Counted from the first letter of the stretch, positions 10,801-21,446 are shown. The stretch: DNA of 64,000 nt from Candidatus Cloacimonadales bacterium (GCA_963662655.2 CAXXTU010000002.1:2848001-2912000), one strand, 5' to 3'. Notes: a model not told the origin generated them from the letters alone. Numbers and translations are program-made.

Positions 10801-11106
10801 ATGAAAAAGAAAGACAAGAAAGGCACTGTGATCCCTGCTGCAAATAGCTGGGTGACGCAAATTGTCGCAATGGTTTTCGATCTCATCAAGCATGTGATCA
10901 AAGATTTCGAGATGAACCGCAATATCAAGAAGGCGACCGATGTGGCCGAGCAGTTTTCCACGGTGGAACACCTGATTCTCAAGGTGGAAACGAAGATCAG
11001 CGACAACCGGAAGGCAATCGAGGATTTGAAGAACCGTCTCCTGTGGAGCAATATCATCATCATTGCGCTACTGGTCACGGTCGTGATACAGGTTATTGCG
11101 AAGTAA
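10801..11106 (+). CDS. Hypothetical small coiled-coil protein with C-terminal membrane anchor
   Basis: RBS GGAG, 101 aa, hydrophobic C-terminus. Confidence 0.7.
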   Translation: MKKKDKKGTVIPAANSWVTQIVAMVFDLIKHVIKDFEMNRNIKKATDVAEQFSTVEHLILKVETKISDNRKAIEDLKNRLLWSNIIIIALLVTVVIQVIAK

Positions 11107-11131
11107 TTCGAACAACAATAGACTTTTACAT

Positions 11132-11165
11132 GGCGGTTCCACCACGGCGGAACCGCTTATTTTTT
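11132..11165 (+). terminator. Intrinsic terminator
   Basis: GGCGGTTCC-N8-GGAACCGCT then TATTTTTT. Confidence 0.65.
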
Positions 11166-11181
11166 CCCAGAGGAACGAACG

Positions 11182-13881
11182 ATGAATCAGAAATTAATCC
11201 TTATCGATGGAACCGCCATCATCTACCGAACCTATTACGCCTTTATCAACCGGCCGCTCATCAACAGCAAGGGACTCAACACAAGCGCGATTTTCGGCAC
11301 TGTGAACACCTTCCTGAAGCTTCTGGATACGTTCGACACGGACAATGTCGTGATTTCTTTCGATCTCAAAGAGAAGACATTCCGTCACAAGCTGGACGAG
11401 AACTACAAGGCGAATCGCCCGGAGATGCCAGACGACCTGGTGAGCCAGATCCAACCCATTCGGGAATTTTTCGATATCATCGGGATCAAGACCTGCACGA
11501 AGGCGGGTTTCGAGGCTGACGACGTGCTGGCGACGCTCACCGAGAAGTGCCACGGCGATTACGATATTGTGCTGGTTACAGGGGATAAGGATTACGCCCA
11601 GTTGGTGGACGAAAACATCGTGATGTACGATCCATTCAAGGGAGAGACGTTGCGCCGTGAGGAGATTGAAGAGAAATACGGCGTTACGCCCGAGCAATTC
11701 GTGGATTTCCTGGCGCTTGTCGGCGATACAGCCGACAACATTCCAGGCGTGAAGGGTATCGGGAAGAAGGGCGCAGCCAAGCTGCTGGAAGATTATGGAA
11801 CGCTGGAAAATCTCTACGACCATCTGGATGATATCTCCTCGAAAAGTACGAAGAAGAAGCTGGAAGAGGACAGGGACAACGCGTTCCTTTCGCAGACCCT
11901 TGCACGCATGGTACGCGACATCGAGATGGATTTGAACGAGAAGGAATTCCGGTTCGATCGCGGTAATATCGACAAGGCCATCCCCTTTTTCCAGGAGTAC
12001 GAGCTCAAGTCCATCCTGAAAAAGGTGGCGGGACAGCAGGAGCTTGATTTGTTCGCGGAGGATGAAGAAGCATCGGAGACAAGCGGCGTTCACTTCGAGT
12101 CGATCCTGATCGACACGGAGGAAAAGCTGGAGAAAATGATTTCCGGGATACCATCCAAAGGCGTTGTCGCGATCGATACGGAGACAACCTCCACGGATCC
12201 GATGATGGCCGAGTTGGTGGGGGTATCGCTGTGCTGGGAAGAGGAGAAGGCGTACTATCTACCGTTCTCGCACAACATGTCGGATAACCTCGACTGGAAG
12301 AAATCTCAACCGAGGCTGAAAAAGGCGCTTTTCGGCTGCAAACTTGTGGGTCACAATATCAAATACGATCAGCATGTTTTGCGTCGTGCAGGGTGGTTTT
12401 TGGAGAATGTTTACTTCGATACGATGGTCGCGGCGTATGTTATTGCCTCCGGGGAAATGCGTTATTCGCTGGATACCTGCTCCAGGAGGGAACTCGATTT
12501 CGAGATGATACCGATCAGCGATTTGATCGGCAGCGGGAAGAACCAGACGACCTTCGACATGACGGATACGCACGATGCTTGCAGGTATGCCGCCGAGGAC
12601 GCCAATATCACGTTCAGGCTGTATCATGTATATAGTAAGCGTTTGGATGACATGGATATGGGAAGGCTCTTCTACGATATCGAGATGCCGCTGATCGACG
12701 TGCTCTCGAAGATGGAGGAGAACGGCGTTTTCATCGATGTGGAGATTCTCGACGAGATATCCCGAAAGACCCAGAAGCGTGTCGCGGAGCTGCAGAAGGA
12801 TATTTACGATGCGTGCGGCAAACCGTTCAATATCAACTCGACGAAACAGCTTGCGGAAGTGCTTTTCGGCGATCTTGGCATCAAGCCTGTGAAGAAGACG
12901 AAGACGGGACTTTCAACCGACAACAGTGTGCTCGAAGCGCTGGCGCAGGAGCATGAGATTGCCCGTCTCCTGATGGAATATCGTATGCTCACGAAGCTGG
13001 AAAATACCTACACAACAGCGCTCCCCAAGATGATCAATCCGCACACGGGAAGGATTCATTCGAGCTTCAATCAGACAGTCGCATCCACAGGACGGCTTTC
13101 AAGCAGCAATCCGAATTTGCAGAATATTCCCAGCAGGACAGACCTTGGGCGCGAGATACGCAAGGCGTTTGTTCCCGAGAAGAAAGATTACGTAATCCTC
13201 GCGGGTGATTATTCTCAGATCGAGTTAAGGCTTGCGGCGATCATGTCATGCGACGAGAATCTGATCAACGCGTTCCGCAACAAAGAGGATATCCATCGCC
13301 AAACGGCGGCGATTATCTTCGAGAAGGATCCGGCCGATGTAACGCAGGATGATCGCAAGAAGGCCAAGGTGATCAACTTCGGTATTCTTTACGGTATGGG
13401 CGCAACCAGGCTTTCGGGTGAACTGAATATCTCCCGGAGTGAGGCACAGGAGTTCATCGAGAACTATTTCGCCAAGTTTCCAACGATCAAGGCGTTCATC
13501 GACAATCAGATCCAGACTGCGCGAGACAGGGGATACTCCGAGACGATGCTGGGCAGACGGCTGGAGTTGCAGGGGTTGCGGAGCTCGAATCAACGTTTCC
13601 GCAGCGAAGCGGAGCGCGTGGCGATCAATATGCCGATTCAGGGAAGCGCTGCCGATATCATCAAACTCGCCATGATCGAGATCAATCGAAAACTGCCCGA
13701 GTTCAAGATGATCATTCAGGTACACGACGAACTGGTATTTGAGGTTGAGCGCAGTCAGGTGGAGGAAGCGACGAAGAGGATCAAAGATATCATGGAAAAT
13801 GCGCTGCCAGACAAGTACAAGGGGATTGTTCCGCTCGATGTTGAATTCAGCTATGGGGAGAACTGGCTGGAGGCGCATTAA
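11182..13881 (+). CDS. polA: DNA polymerase I
   Basis: 5'-nuclease (LIDG, GDTADNIPGVKGIG), intact-looking 3'-5' exonuclease motifs (DTETT, HNIKYD, YAAEDA), polymerase motifs TGRLSS, DYSQIELR, QVHDEL. Confidence 0.97.
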   Translation: MNQKLILIDGTAIIYRTYYAFINRPLINSKGLNTSAIFGTVNTFLKLLDTFDTDNVVISFDLKEKTFRHKLDENYKANRPEMPDDLVSQIQPIREFFDIIGIKTCTKAGFEADDVLATLTEKCHGDYDIVLVTGDKDYAQLVDENIVMYDPFKGETLRREEIEEKYGVTPEQFVDFLALVGDTADNIPGVKGIGKKGAAKLLEDYGTLENLYDHLDDISSKSTKKKLEEDRDNAFLSQTLARMVRDIEMDLNEKEFRFDRGNIDKAIPFFQEYELKSILKKVAGQQELDLFAEDEEASETSGVHFESILIDTEEKLEKMISGIPSKGVVAIDTETTSTDPMMAELVGVSLCWEEEKAYYLPFSHNMSDNLDWKKSQPRLKKALFGCKLVGHNIKYDQHVLRRAGWFLENVYFDTMVAAYVIASGEMRYSLDTCSRRELDFEMIPISDLIGSGKNQTTFDMTDTHDACRYAAEDANITFRLYHVYSKRLDDMDMGRLFYDIEMPLIDVLSKMEENGVFIDVEILDEISRKTQKRVAELQKDIYDACGKPFNINSTKQLAEVLFGDLGIKPVKKTKTGLSTDNSVLEALAQEHEIARLLMEYRMLTKLENTYTTALPKMINPHTGRIHSSFNQTVASTGRLSSSNPNLQNIPSRTDLGREIRKAFVPEKKDYVILAGDYSQIELRLAAIMSCDENLINAFRNKEDIHRQTAAIIFEKDPADVTQDDRKKAKVINFGILYGMGATRLSGELNISRSEAQEFIENYFAKFPTIKAFIDNQIQTARDRGYSETMLGRRLELQGLRSSNQRFRSEAERVAINMPIQGSAADIIKLAMIEINRKLPEFKMIIQVHDELVFEVERSQVEEATKRIKDIMENALPDKYKGIVPLDVEFSYGENWLEAH

Positions 13882-13902
13882 AGATTTCAGGTTATTGCTT
13901 AC

Positions 13903-14033
13903 CGGCGTGGCATCTTTGCCCGATCACCCTTTTCAACGGGGATATACCGCGCCTTGGAGACTACCGGACACGCGATAAAAAGGCGCGAAACACCCCGTTG
14001 AAAAGGGAGATCGAACAAATCTGCTCACGCCTC
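13903..14033. repeat. ~130-nt rod hairpin element, copy B
   Basis: Homologous to 4558-4689, same orientation. Confidence 0.8.
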
Positions 14034-14041
14034 TGGGTACC

Positions 14042-14565
14042 CCGTTGGGTTACCTTCTTTACGTCAACCTTCAGGGAAATTTGGAAAACAACGGTGTGTT
14101 TTCGATCAACCAGTTGCATTTCACCGGTGGAAACACGCAGTACATTGCCATGACGCAGTAAGTCACATCGACCTATATCTACAACGATAAATCTACGGGA
14201 GAAATTATTGCGCAATCCGATCTCTCTAACCAGAATAGCTCGTTCGATTTCAACAACCACAGAATGTATATGGACGCATACGACATCAGCATCCAGGGCG
14301 CAATGTACCTGAAGGAGATCGATCAGCTTCTTGACTTCAACAGCCTGACAATGACATCGTCGGGATACATTAAAACAGCAATATCTCGGAGGGTTCGCTG
14401 TATGGTGAGATAACCTTCTCCAACGGCGTCAATCTATATGACGATCTACACAACTACTGCACTATCCGAAATCAATCTGGAGACACCTACGCGGTTGATT
14501 TTCACTGTTTTTTTGTCAATTCAGGCACCGTCCAGAACAATCCGGTCGTTTACTTCACTGACTGA
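14042..14565 (+). pseudogene. Decayed internal fragment of a probable secreted beta-strand-repeat protein
   Basis: Reads PLGYLLYVNLQGNLENNGVF...TQYIAMTQ* (stop 14159), continues in frame, then shifts near 14377 to ...FVNSGTVQNNPVVYFTD*. No start or RBS. Confidence 0.55.
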
Positions 14566-14583
14566 GGATGGATCAGAATATAG

Positions 14584-14613
14584 TTGACAACCATCGTGTT
14601 TCAGAGGTATAAT
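14584..14613 (+). promoter_or_regulatory. Consensus sigma70-type promoter
   Basis: TTGACA-N18-TATAAT about 170 bp upstream of the kinase start. Confidence 0.7.
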
Positions 14614-14781
14614 ATAGTAGTTTGAGAATACGTTACAACGGTTTCGTGAGTGGCGGAGCGTACTGAGAATCATTGTCATTCCCGTGAGATTGAATACTCA
14701 CGTAAGTTTCTTCGATAGATGAATCCCGCTGGTTGTCGCTTAGGATAGTAAGTGATTTATCACGAGGAAGGAACTATTTAA

Positions 14782-17700
14782 ATGGAAATATACAAAAGCG
14801 GTAAGTCAAAATGGAGACATCTGGTTTATCTACTTGGATTTGTTTTTGTTTTCCTGAGCATAACCCGGCTTGTTGCTGATACCGCTTCCAAAGTGGCTTT
14901 GACTATTGAAGAGAGAAGCTGGCTCGATCAGAATCCTGAGAAATTGATCCTCTGGTTCAACACGGATTTCCCTCCGATAGAGTTCGTTGACGAAACGGGG
15001 CATTTTTTGGGAATGGGAGCCGATGTTATCGCCTTGGTTGAACAGCAACTGGGCATAAGATTCATAAAACAGGCTTCCAGCAATTGGAATGAGCATCTTG
15101 CAGCGCTGAAAAGCGGTGAATGCGCGGTCGCCCCGGCGATCGTCGCGACGCCAGAACGGGAGAAATACGCTCAGTTTACCGCCCCATACGCGTCATCTTC
15201 ACTCGTCATCATTGCTGCAAATTCTGTAAACCACGAACTCAAGCTATCCCGTCTTGGAGGCCTTCGCATTGCGGTAGTATCTGGATTCGCATCGGAAGGA
15301 TACCTGCAAGAACATGCACAACAAGATTTCGACCTAATCCCCATGCCCGACGTGGCCCACGCTCTCAGGGCAACGTCATTTGGTCAGGTGGACGCCTATG
15401 TTGAAAACATGGCTGTGGCTGCCTATTTCATACAAAAAGAAGGCATCCCGAATTTGCGAGTTGCTGGTGAAACCCCCTATCGCTTTGCCTGGAGAATTGG
15501 AATTAGTCGCCAATATCCACTCCTGGCGAGCGCAATTGTAAAAGCAGTATCAGCGATTCCCGCCGAGAAGCTTGAGAACGCTCGCGGGAAATGGATCGCA
15601 TTCAACGGTCAACGCAGGCTGTCTCCTGAAACCGCACGATTGCTGATCCTGATCTTGATTTTTGTCGTTCTACTTGTGTTGGGTTTGCTGGTTATCAGTT
15701 TCATTCTCAAGAAACAACTCAAGGAGAAGATTGCGGGTCTGGAAGATGCCCGGAATAAAATTCTGGAGCAGACAGAGTTCATCCGCTTTGCCACTGAAAC
15801 CACACAAGCCGGATTCTGGGATGTTCAGTTGAAGGAAGGCGTGATCTTCTTCAGCAAGCAATGGTTCAATATGCTGGGGTATGACCAGGAAGGAGAGTTG
15901 CTCAAGCTTGAGAGTATCAGAGAGTTCGTTCATCCGGACGATCTCTCGAAAGTTACGAATCGCTTTGGAGAAAACGCAGTAACAGACAATCTAGGATTCT
16001 CAGAAGTTGAAATTCGTTTGAAAAAGGCTGACGGAAGCTGGTGTTGGATTTTATCAAAGGAGAAACCAGTCACCGTTGACGAGAACGGAGAAGCCTCTCG
16101 CATCATTGGGTTGGATATAAACATTCAAAAGTTAAAAGAAGCTCAGGAGGAAGTGAGACAAAGCGAGATGAAGTTCCGAACGATCTTTGATAGCGCTCCA
16201 TACGCGATCGTGATCAATGATTTCGAGACGGGATTGGTCGTGGAAGCAAATCAGGTGTTCATTTCAACCAATCACATCGAATCACTCGATGAGTTGCACC
16301 GGTTGCCAAGCAGGGGCTTGTCATCCATGGGTAAGACTGAAGCAGAAAGAGTAATGAAACAGTTGAGCGAGACCGGAAGAATCGATAGTTATGAGACAGA
16401 GACAATCCACAAGGATGGATCGCATCGCCAAATTGTTTTCTCCTCCTCGCTAATCGAATATGCTGGCAGAAAGCAAATAATCTCCATTATTCTTGACATC
16501 ACCGAACAGAAAAAAGCGGAAGATGAGCTGAGACTCAGTGAGGAGCGCTTCAAGGAGCTCTTTATCAGCGCGCCAATACCACTGGTCTTGCTGACAACCG
16601 ACGGCAAAATTGTCTCCCTGAATAATGCCATGATCCATACCTTCGGCTATCTGCTGGAAGACATACCGGATTTGGATCACTGGTGGTCGCATGCTTATCC
16701 TGATCCGGAATATCGAAATCAGGTAAGAACAGCCTGGGAGGGTCATGTTCGAAAGGCTATGGCGGATAATACTCCAGTAAAACCACAAGAATACCGTGTC
16801 GTTAGCAAGAATGGAAGAAGACTGCGGGTTCGTTTCAACACAAGCATTATGGGTGATCTGGTCATTATAAGCCTTTATGAGATAACGGACATCAGAGAAA
16901 AAGAGGCTGCGCTTCAGGAAACGATGGAAAGGCTGCGTGCCACGCTCAATGCCACCAGCGACGGCATCCTTGTTGTTGATACCGATATGAAAATTGTTCA
17001 GTCCAATCAGCAGTTCTATCAAATGTGGCACGTTCCTCCGGAATTGCAGGCAACGGACGACGATATGGCAATACGGCAATATGTGAAAGACCAGTTGGTC
17101 GATCCCTGGGACTTCTTCAATAAAACGGTTGAGTTATACGCCAGCCGAAGTCACGAGATGTTTGAGATTCTGTTCAAAGACGGTCGTGTCTTCGAGTGCA
17201 ACTCCGCGCAGATGTTTGTCGCTGGAGAAGTTACGGGACGTGTCTGGGACTTTCGGGACATCACCGAAAGGAAGAAGGCGGAAGATGCTATCAATTTCGA
17301 GCGGAAGAAACTGAAATCCATATTCAGCGCTATGAACGACGTGATTTTGATATGCGATGTACAGGGGAATCTAATCGAGATCGTTAAAACCAAAGCGGAC
17401 CTGATCCAAAAATCATTCGGGGATGTACATGGCAAAAACCCGTGGGATATCTTCCCGCATGACAAAGCCAGCGAATTGATGCGTGCCATGGAGAACTCCA
17501 TAACTTTGAACATTCCGGTCTCGCTTGATTTTTCTGTTCGTATCGGAGACCAGGCTTTCTGGTTTGCCGCCACAGTCTCTCCCATGCCTCCCGATCGAGT
17601 CGTCTGGGTAGCGCGTGATATAACCAGCCGAAGGCTGGCGGTTGAGCAGTTGGAACAATCCGAGGAAAGGTTCTCGAAAATCTTCGCCATGGCACCCAAT

Positions 17701-19179
17701 CTCGTGGCCATCACACGAATGGAAGATGGGAAATTCATCGACATCAACGATGGCTTCGAGGAAATTACCGGCTGGCGCAAAGACGAGGTTGTCGGATTGA
17801 CGTCAACCGACATCCATTTCTGGGTAGAGCCATCGGATCGTTCGGTGTTTGTCGAAGTGCTGAAATCCGGGCGCCATCTTATCAATCAGGAAGTGACGTT
17901 TCGTCGTAAGGACGGCGCTTTGCGCATGGGACTTTATTCCGCTCTATCGATCAACCTGGCGGAAGAGATGTCTCTACTGTCTGTGATTCAGGACATTACG
18001 GAAATCAAGAAAAACGAAGAAGAGCGGTTGAGGCTCCAGCAGCAACTCTCGCAAGCACAGAAGCTCGAGGCTATCGGAATCCTGGCGGGTGGCGTTGCTC
18101 ACGATTTCAATAATATCCTGGGCGCAATCATTGGGTACGCAGAGTTGGCTTTGGCTGAGATCGAAGATACGAATCCATTGAAGGAGACGTTGAATATCAT
18201 TCTCGACGCTGCTCAGCGTTCCGCCAGTTTGACCCGTCAATTGCTTGCGTTTGCCAGGAAGGAAGTTGTCGAGCCCATTGTCATCGATATCAATAAGGCT
18301 ATCGAAGATATTCTCAAGATGCTGCAACGCCTTATCGGAGAAAACATCGAATTGCGATGGGTGCCAGGCAGGGAATCGCTGAAGGTTATTTTAGATCCTT
18401 CACAACTTGATCAGATTTTGGCTAATCTCTGTGTCAATGCCCGTGATGCGATCGGTGACATTGGGACGATTATCATCGAAACCGAGCTCAAGATCATCGA
18501 TGAGGGGGCGTGCACGTTTCACCCCGAATGCATCCCGGGTGAATATGTTCAGCTTACGGTTAGCGATAATGGAGCAGGCATGGATGCCGATACGTTGGAT
18601 CATGTTTTCGAACCGTTTTTCACCACAAAAGGATTGGGGAGAGGTACGGGACTGGGGCTCTCTACGGTGTACGGGATCATTCGGCAAAACAAGGGATTTG
18701 TAAAAGTATACAGTGAGCCAGGGAAAGGAACCGCTTTCAATGTGTTTTTGCCGCGTGAGGCTGGAGACGCCAAACAGAAACGCAGTGGAAGCAGCAAAAT
18801 CGAAATGAGTCGGGGGGAGACGATTCTGCTTGTCGAGGATGATGAAATCCTGCTGAAGATGACCCAGCTTATGCTGCAAAGGCTTCAATACAATGTTCTT
18901 GTTGCAGCCAATCCCAGCATGGCGCTTCGCATTGTAGCGGAATACTCTGGTGAAATACACATGTTTCTAACGGATGTTGTAATGCCCGAGATGACCGGAA
19001 GGGAGTTAGCCGAAAAACTTCAGGAAATCCGGCCCGGTATCCAGCACCTTTTCATGTCGGGCTATACGGCTGATGTCATTGCTCACCAAGGCGTTCTCAA
19101 CGATGGTGTGAACTTCATACATAAACCGTTTTCGCTTCAACGTCTCTCAGATAAAATCAAATCGATTCTGGAGAGATAA
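14782..19179 (+). CDS. Hybrid sensor histidine kinase: extracytoplasmic solute-binding domain, TM, about 6 PAS, HisKA, HATPase, receiver
   Basis: DFPPIEF, several PAS/PAC ending DITE, AGGVAHDFNNIL, NLCVNARDA, FEPFFTTK..GTGLGLS, LLVEDD..TDVVMP..FIHKPF. Confidence 0.95.
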   Translation: MEIYKSGKSKWRHLVYLLGFVFVFLSITRLVADTASKVALTIEERSWLDQNPEKLILWFNTDFPPIEFVDETGHFLGMGADVIALVEQQLGIRFIKQASSNWNEHLAALKSGECAVAPAIVATPEREKYAQFTAPYASSSLVIIAANSVNHELKLSRLGGLRIAVVSGFASEGYLQEHAQQDFDLIPMPDVAHALRATSFGQVDAYVENMAVAAYFIQKEGIPNLRVAGETPYRFAWRIGISRQYPLLASAIVKAVSAIPAEKLENARGKWIAFNGQRRLSPETARLLILILIFVVLLVLGLLVISFILKKQLKEKIAGLEDARNKILEQTEFIRFATETTQAGFWDVQLKEGVIFFSKQWFNMLGYDQEGELLKLESIREFVHPDDLSKVTNRFGENAVTDNLGFSEVEIRLKKADGSWCWILSKEKPVTVDENGEASRIIGLDINIQKLKEAQEEVRQSEMKFRTIFDSAPYAIVINDFETGLVVEANQVFISTNHIESLDELHRLPSRGLSSMGKTEAERVMKQLSETGRIDSYETETIHKDGSHRQIVFSSSLIEYAGRKQIISIILDITEQKKAEDELRLSEERFKELFISAPIPLVLLTTDGKIVSLNNAMIHTFGYLLEDIPDLDHWWSHAYPDPEYRNQVRTAWEGHVRKAMADNTPVKPQEYRVVSKNGRRLRVRFNTSIMGDLVIISLYEITDIREKEAALQETMERLRATLNATSDGILVVDTDMKIVQSNQQFYQMWHVPPELQATDDDMAIRQYVKDQLVDPWDFFNKTVELYASRSHEMFEILFKDGRVFECNSAQMFVAGEVTGRVWDFRDITERKKAEDAINFERKKLKSIFSAMNDVILICDVQGNLIEIVKTKADLIQKSFGDVHGKNPWDIFPHDKASELMRAMENSITLNIPVSLDFSVRIGDQAFWFAATVSPMPPDRVVWVARDITSRRLAVEQLEQSEERFSKIFAMAPNLVAITRMEDGKFIDINDGFEEITGWRKDEVVGLTSTDIHFWVEPSDRSVFVEVLKSGRHLINQEVTFRRKDGALRMGLYSALSINLAEEMSLLSVIQDITEIKKNEEERLRLQQQLSQAQKLEAIGILAGGVAHDFNNILGAIIGYAELALAEIEDTNPLKETLNIILDAAQRSASLTRQLLAFARKEVVEPIVIDINKAIEDILKMLQRLIGENIELRWVPGRESLKVILDPSQLDQILANLCVNARDAIGDIGTIIIETELKIIDEGACTFHPECIPGEYVQLTVSDNGAGMDADTLDHVFEPFFTTKGLGRGTGLGLSTVYGIIRQNKGFVKVYSEPGKGTAFNVFLPREAGDAKQKRSGSSKIEMSRGETILLVEDDEILLKMTQLMLQRLQYNVLVAANPSMALRIVAEYSGEIHMFLTDVVMPEMTGRELAEKLQEIRPGIQHLFMSGYTADVIAHQGVLNDGVNFIHKPFSLQRLSDKIKSILER

Positions 19180-19195
19180 TACATAAGGAATATAC

Positions 19196-19312
19196 ATGGC
19201 ACGTGTTTTGATCGGCGATGATTCTCGCTTCATGATCAGGCCATTTTGGAATTCTAAAAATACCATCCAGATGTTGTTACGCTTGATATAAATACGCCGC
19301 GTCTCGACGGTA
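19196..19312 (+). pseudogene. Truncated CheB/CheY-like receiver-domain remnant
   Basis: RBS then MARVLIGDDSRFM (stop 19291); a second frame reads YHPDVVTLDINTPRLDG. Confidence 0.6.
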
Positions 19313-19518
19313 AGGATGCCGCGGTAAGGCTGGAGATTTTCAACATCCGAGGTCAGCTCGTGAAAACGCTGATGGACGAGCCAATGCACAGAGGCGAACA
19401 CAGCGTCCTCTGGCAAGGTGACGACGATACCGGAAAGCCTGTTTCCAGCGGTGTTTACCTGTACAGGATGGCAGCAGGAGATATGGACAGGACTCAGAAG
19501 ATGGTATTGATGAAATGA
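19313..19518 (+). pseudogene. Orphan T9SS-type CTD remnant
   Basis: ...AAVRLEIFNIRGQLVKTLMD...WQGDDDTGKPVSSGVYLYRM...QKMVLMK*; lacks the PNPFNP start and any upstream gene body. Confidence 0.8.
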
Positions 19519-19658
19519 CGAAAAATCGTCACGATCAATTTGTTTCGTTAAACACAAGTAATAGCTTGACAGCCTTTTGTTTGTATTTAATATGGTGTTG
19601 GATGAAAAAGATATAAATTCAATCCCAACGCTTTTCGGAAGACCCACGAGGAGGCAAT

Positions 19659-20732
19659 ATGAAATGGTTGAATATTTTACTGATTTTTGTAAGTATTCTT
19701 CTTGTTATCCTCAATGTATCGATTGGCTGTAGTAAATCATCTCCACCTCCTGAAAAACTAAGCTCGACAGCGAGCGCCGAAGAACCTGTCGAATATCCGG
19801 ATGAAAGTCAGGCTGGGGAAATTGAGGATATTGGTGAATATCTTGAAAATAGTGCCTCGCCCGAGGATGAAAATAGCATTAGCTCGAGCCTGGAAATGAA
19901 TGCGGTTGAACAAAGCCAAGCTTTCGAGGATTATTCGATGGATCGTCAGGCTGCACCTGGTGTTATGCAATCAATTCCAGAACCTGAGCTACGCTCATCG
20001 CCATTTCCGGATATTGCCAGAGACGTAATCGATGACGATAACAGACAGCAGAGAGAGCAGCTTGAGAGAACCGAGAATGCGACACATAATGAAGACCGTG
20101 AGCCCCACAACTGGTATGATGCATTCTGCGCTAACTACGATGTCAGCCTGATTGCGGAAAAAACCATGATTGTCGAGGAGGAATACGTCGTGAAGTGCGA
20201 AATTGCACCAGAGGGAAAGGGCTCCCAGGAAGAACCGTCTCAGGGACAGGTATATGGCACGACGCAAATACCTGCGAGCTGGTCAAATATAAAAGCGGAA
20301 TTGATGGCTCCCGGATTCAAATTCCATGACGAGGGCCAAAAGATTCAATGCGTCAATGTGAGGGATGTAGCTCAGACGCTTTGCTGGACCATTTCTCCGC
20401 AATACGAGGGACGAAAAAAACTTACCGTGCAAATTACGCAATACTCGAACAATGAAGCGATGTTCCCAAACTCGAACGTGACCGATTCGCTCTCGGTGCT
20501 TGTTGAGACCAAGCCTGAACCAGCGGTGTGGCAAGAAATTGTTACGATGCTCAGAAAACATTTTCTAACATTCGCCGGTGTGGCGATAGCGGTGTTTTTC
20601 GGTACCCTGGGCTTCGTATGCAGGAAGCTCCTGTTCAGGTGTGCGATCTGGTTGCTACACAAGTGCGGAATAAAAAAGGTATCCGAATCGGACATCGCAA
20701 ACAGCATTGATCAGAACGATAATGATGAGTGA
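19659..20732 (+). CDS. Hypothetical putative lipoprotein with acidic linker and C-terminal TM
   Basis: RBS GAGGAGG; hydrophobic leader ending SIGC; C-terminal hydrophobic helix. Confidence 0.7.
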   Translation: MKWLNILLIFVSILLVILNVSIGCSKSSPPPEKLSSTASAEEPVEYPDESQAGEIEDIGEYLENSASPEDENSISSSLEMNAVEQSQAFEDYSMDRQAAPGVMQSIPEPELRSSPFPDIARDVIDDDNRQQREQLERTENATHNEDREPHNWYDAFCANYDVSLIAEKTMIVEEEYVVKCEIAPEGKGSQEEPSQGQVYGTTQIPASWSNIKAELMAPGFKFHDEGQKIQCVNVRDVAQTLCWTISPQYEGRKKLTVQITQYSNNEAMFPNSNVTDSLSVLVETKPEPAVWQEIVTMLRKHFLTFAGVAIAVFFGTLGFVCRKLLFRCAIWLLHKCGIKKVSESDIANSIDQNDNDE

Positions 20733-21339
20733 AGAATTGGGAGACATGGGAATCCAGAAAGAAGCTGTCAGACTACAGTACGTATTCACAACCTCACGCC
20801 TTCGAGTGCGTCTGGCGGTGCCGGATAGCCGGGATTTAGATTTCTTGTGCAACCTCTGGAACGATCCGCGCGTGATGCGTTTCGTCGGATTCCCACAGGG
20901 ACTTGACATCACTTCCGGGCAGCTCGAGGAGCAACTTACCGTCGATCGCGAGGATCCATTTGATCGAGTCCTGATGGTTGAGATGAAAGGAACCGGTGAG
21001 GTAATCGGGCAGTGCAAGCTGGGATCGAGCAATCAGGAAGGCGTTGCGCATACGGATGTAAAGCTGAAGCCCGAATTCCAGGGGAGAGGCTACGGCACGG
21101 AGATCAAGCAGGCCCTTCTGGATTACCAGTTTACGCATACCGATTGCGTCGCCGTGGAGGGATCGCCAAACAAAATGAACGCTGCCTCCATCAGGATGCA
21201 GGAGAAAGTGGGCGGTGTTGTCGTGAAGGAGGGTGTCTTCAAGGCCCCGGAGGAATGCGCCGTTCCCAGGTGCGATGTACCGTATTTTCTGTACCATGTT
21301 ACACGGGAAGCATGGTTGTCAGTAATTTGTAACAAGTAA
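20725..21339 (+). CDS. GNAT (RimJ/RimL-type) N-acetyltransferase; start uncertain, alternative 20746
   Basis: TTSRLRVR, DPRVMRF, PEFQGRGYGTE, NAASIRMQEKVG. Confidence 0.85.
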   Translation: MSEELGDMGIQKEAVRLQYVFTTSRLRVRLAVPDSRDLDFLCNLWNDPRVMRFVGFPQGLDITSGQLEEQLTVDREDPFDRVLMVEMKGTGEVIGQCKLGSSNQEGVAHTDVKLKPEFQGRGYGTEIKQALLDYQFTHTDCVAVEGSPNKMNAASIRMQEKVGGVVVKEGVFKAPEECAVPRCDVPYFLYHVTREAWLSVICNK

Positions 21340-21342
21340 TTC
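21251..21342 (+). repeat. Degenerate direct repeat copy 1 (3' end of GNAT gene)
   Basis: Core CACGGGAAGCATGGTTGTC...GTAACAAGYAATTC shared with 22909-23005. Confidence 0.8.
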
Positions 21343-21446
21343 ACTACACCATTCAATACAGTATAATTAGCGCCATTAAAGAATTAAATTGAAAAAAAAG
21401 TCTATGTGAGACAAAGTTAATTTATCAATATTTAGGGGAGGCGTTA

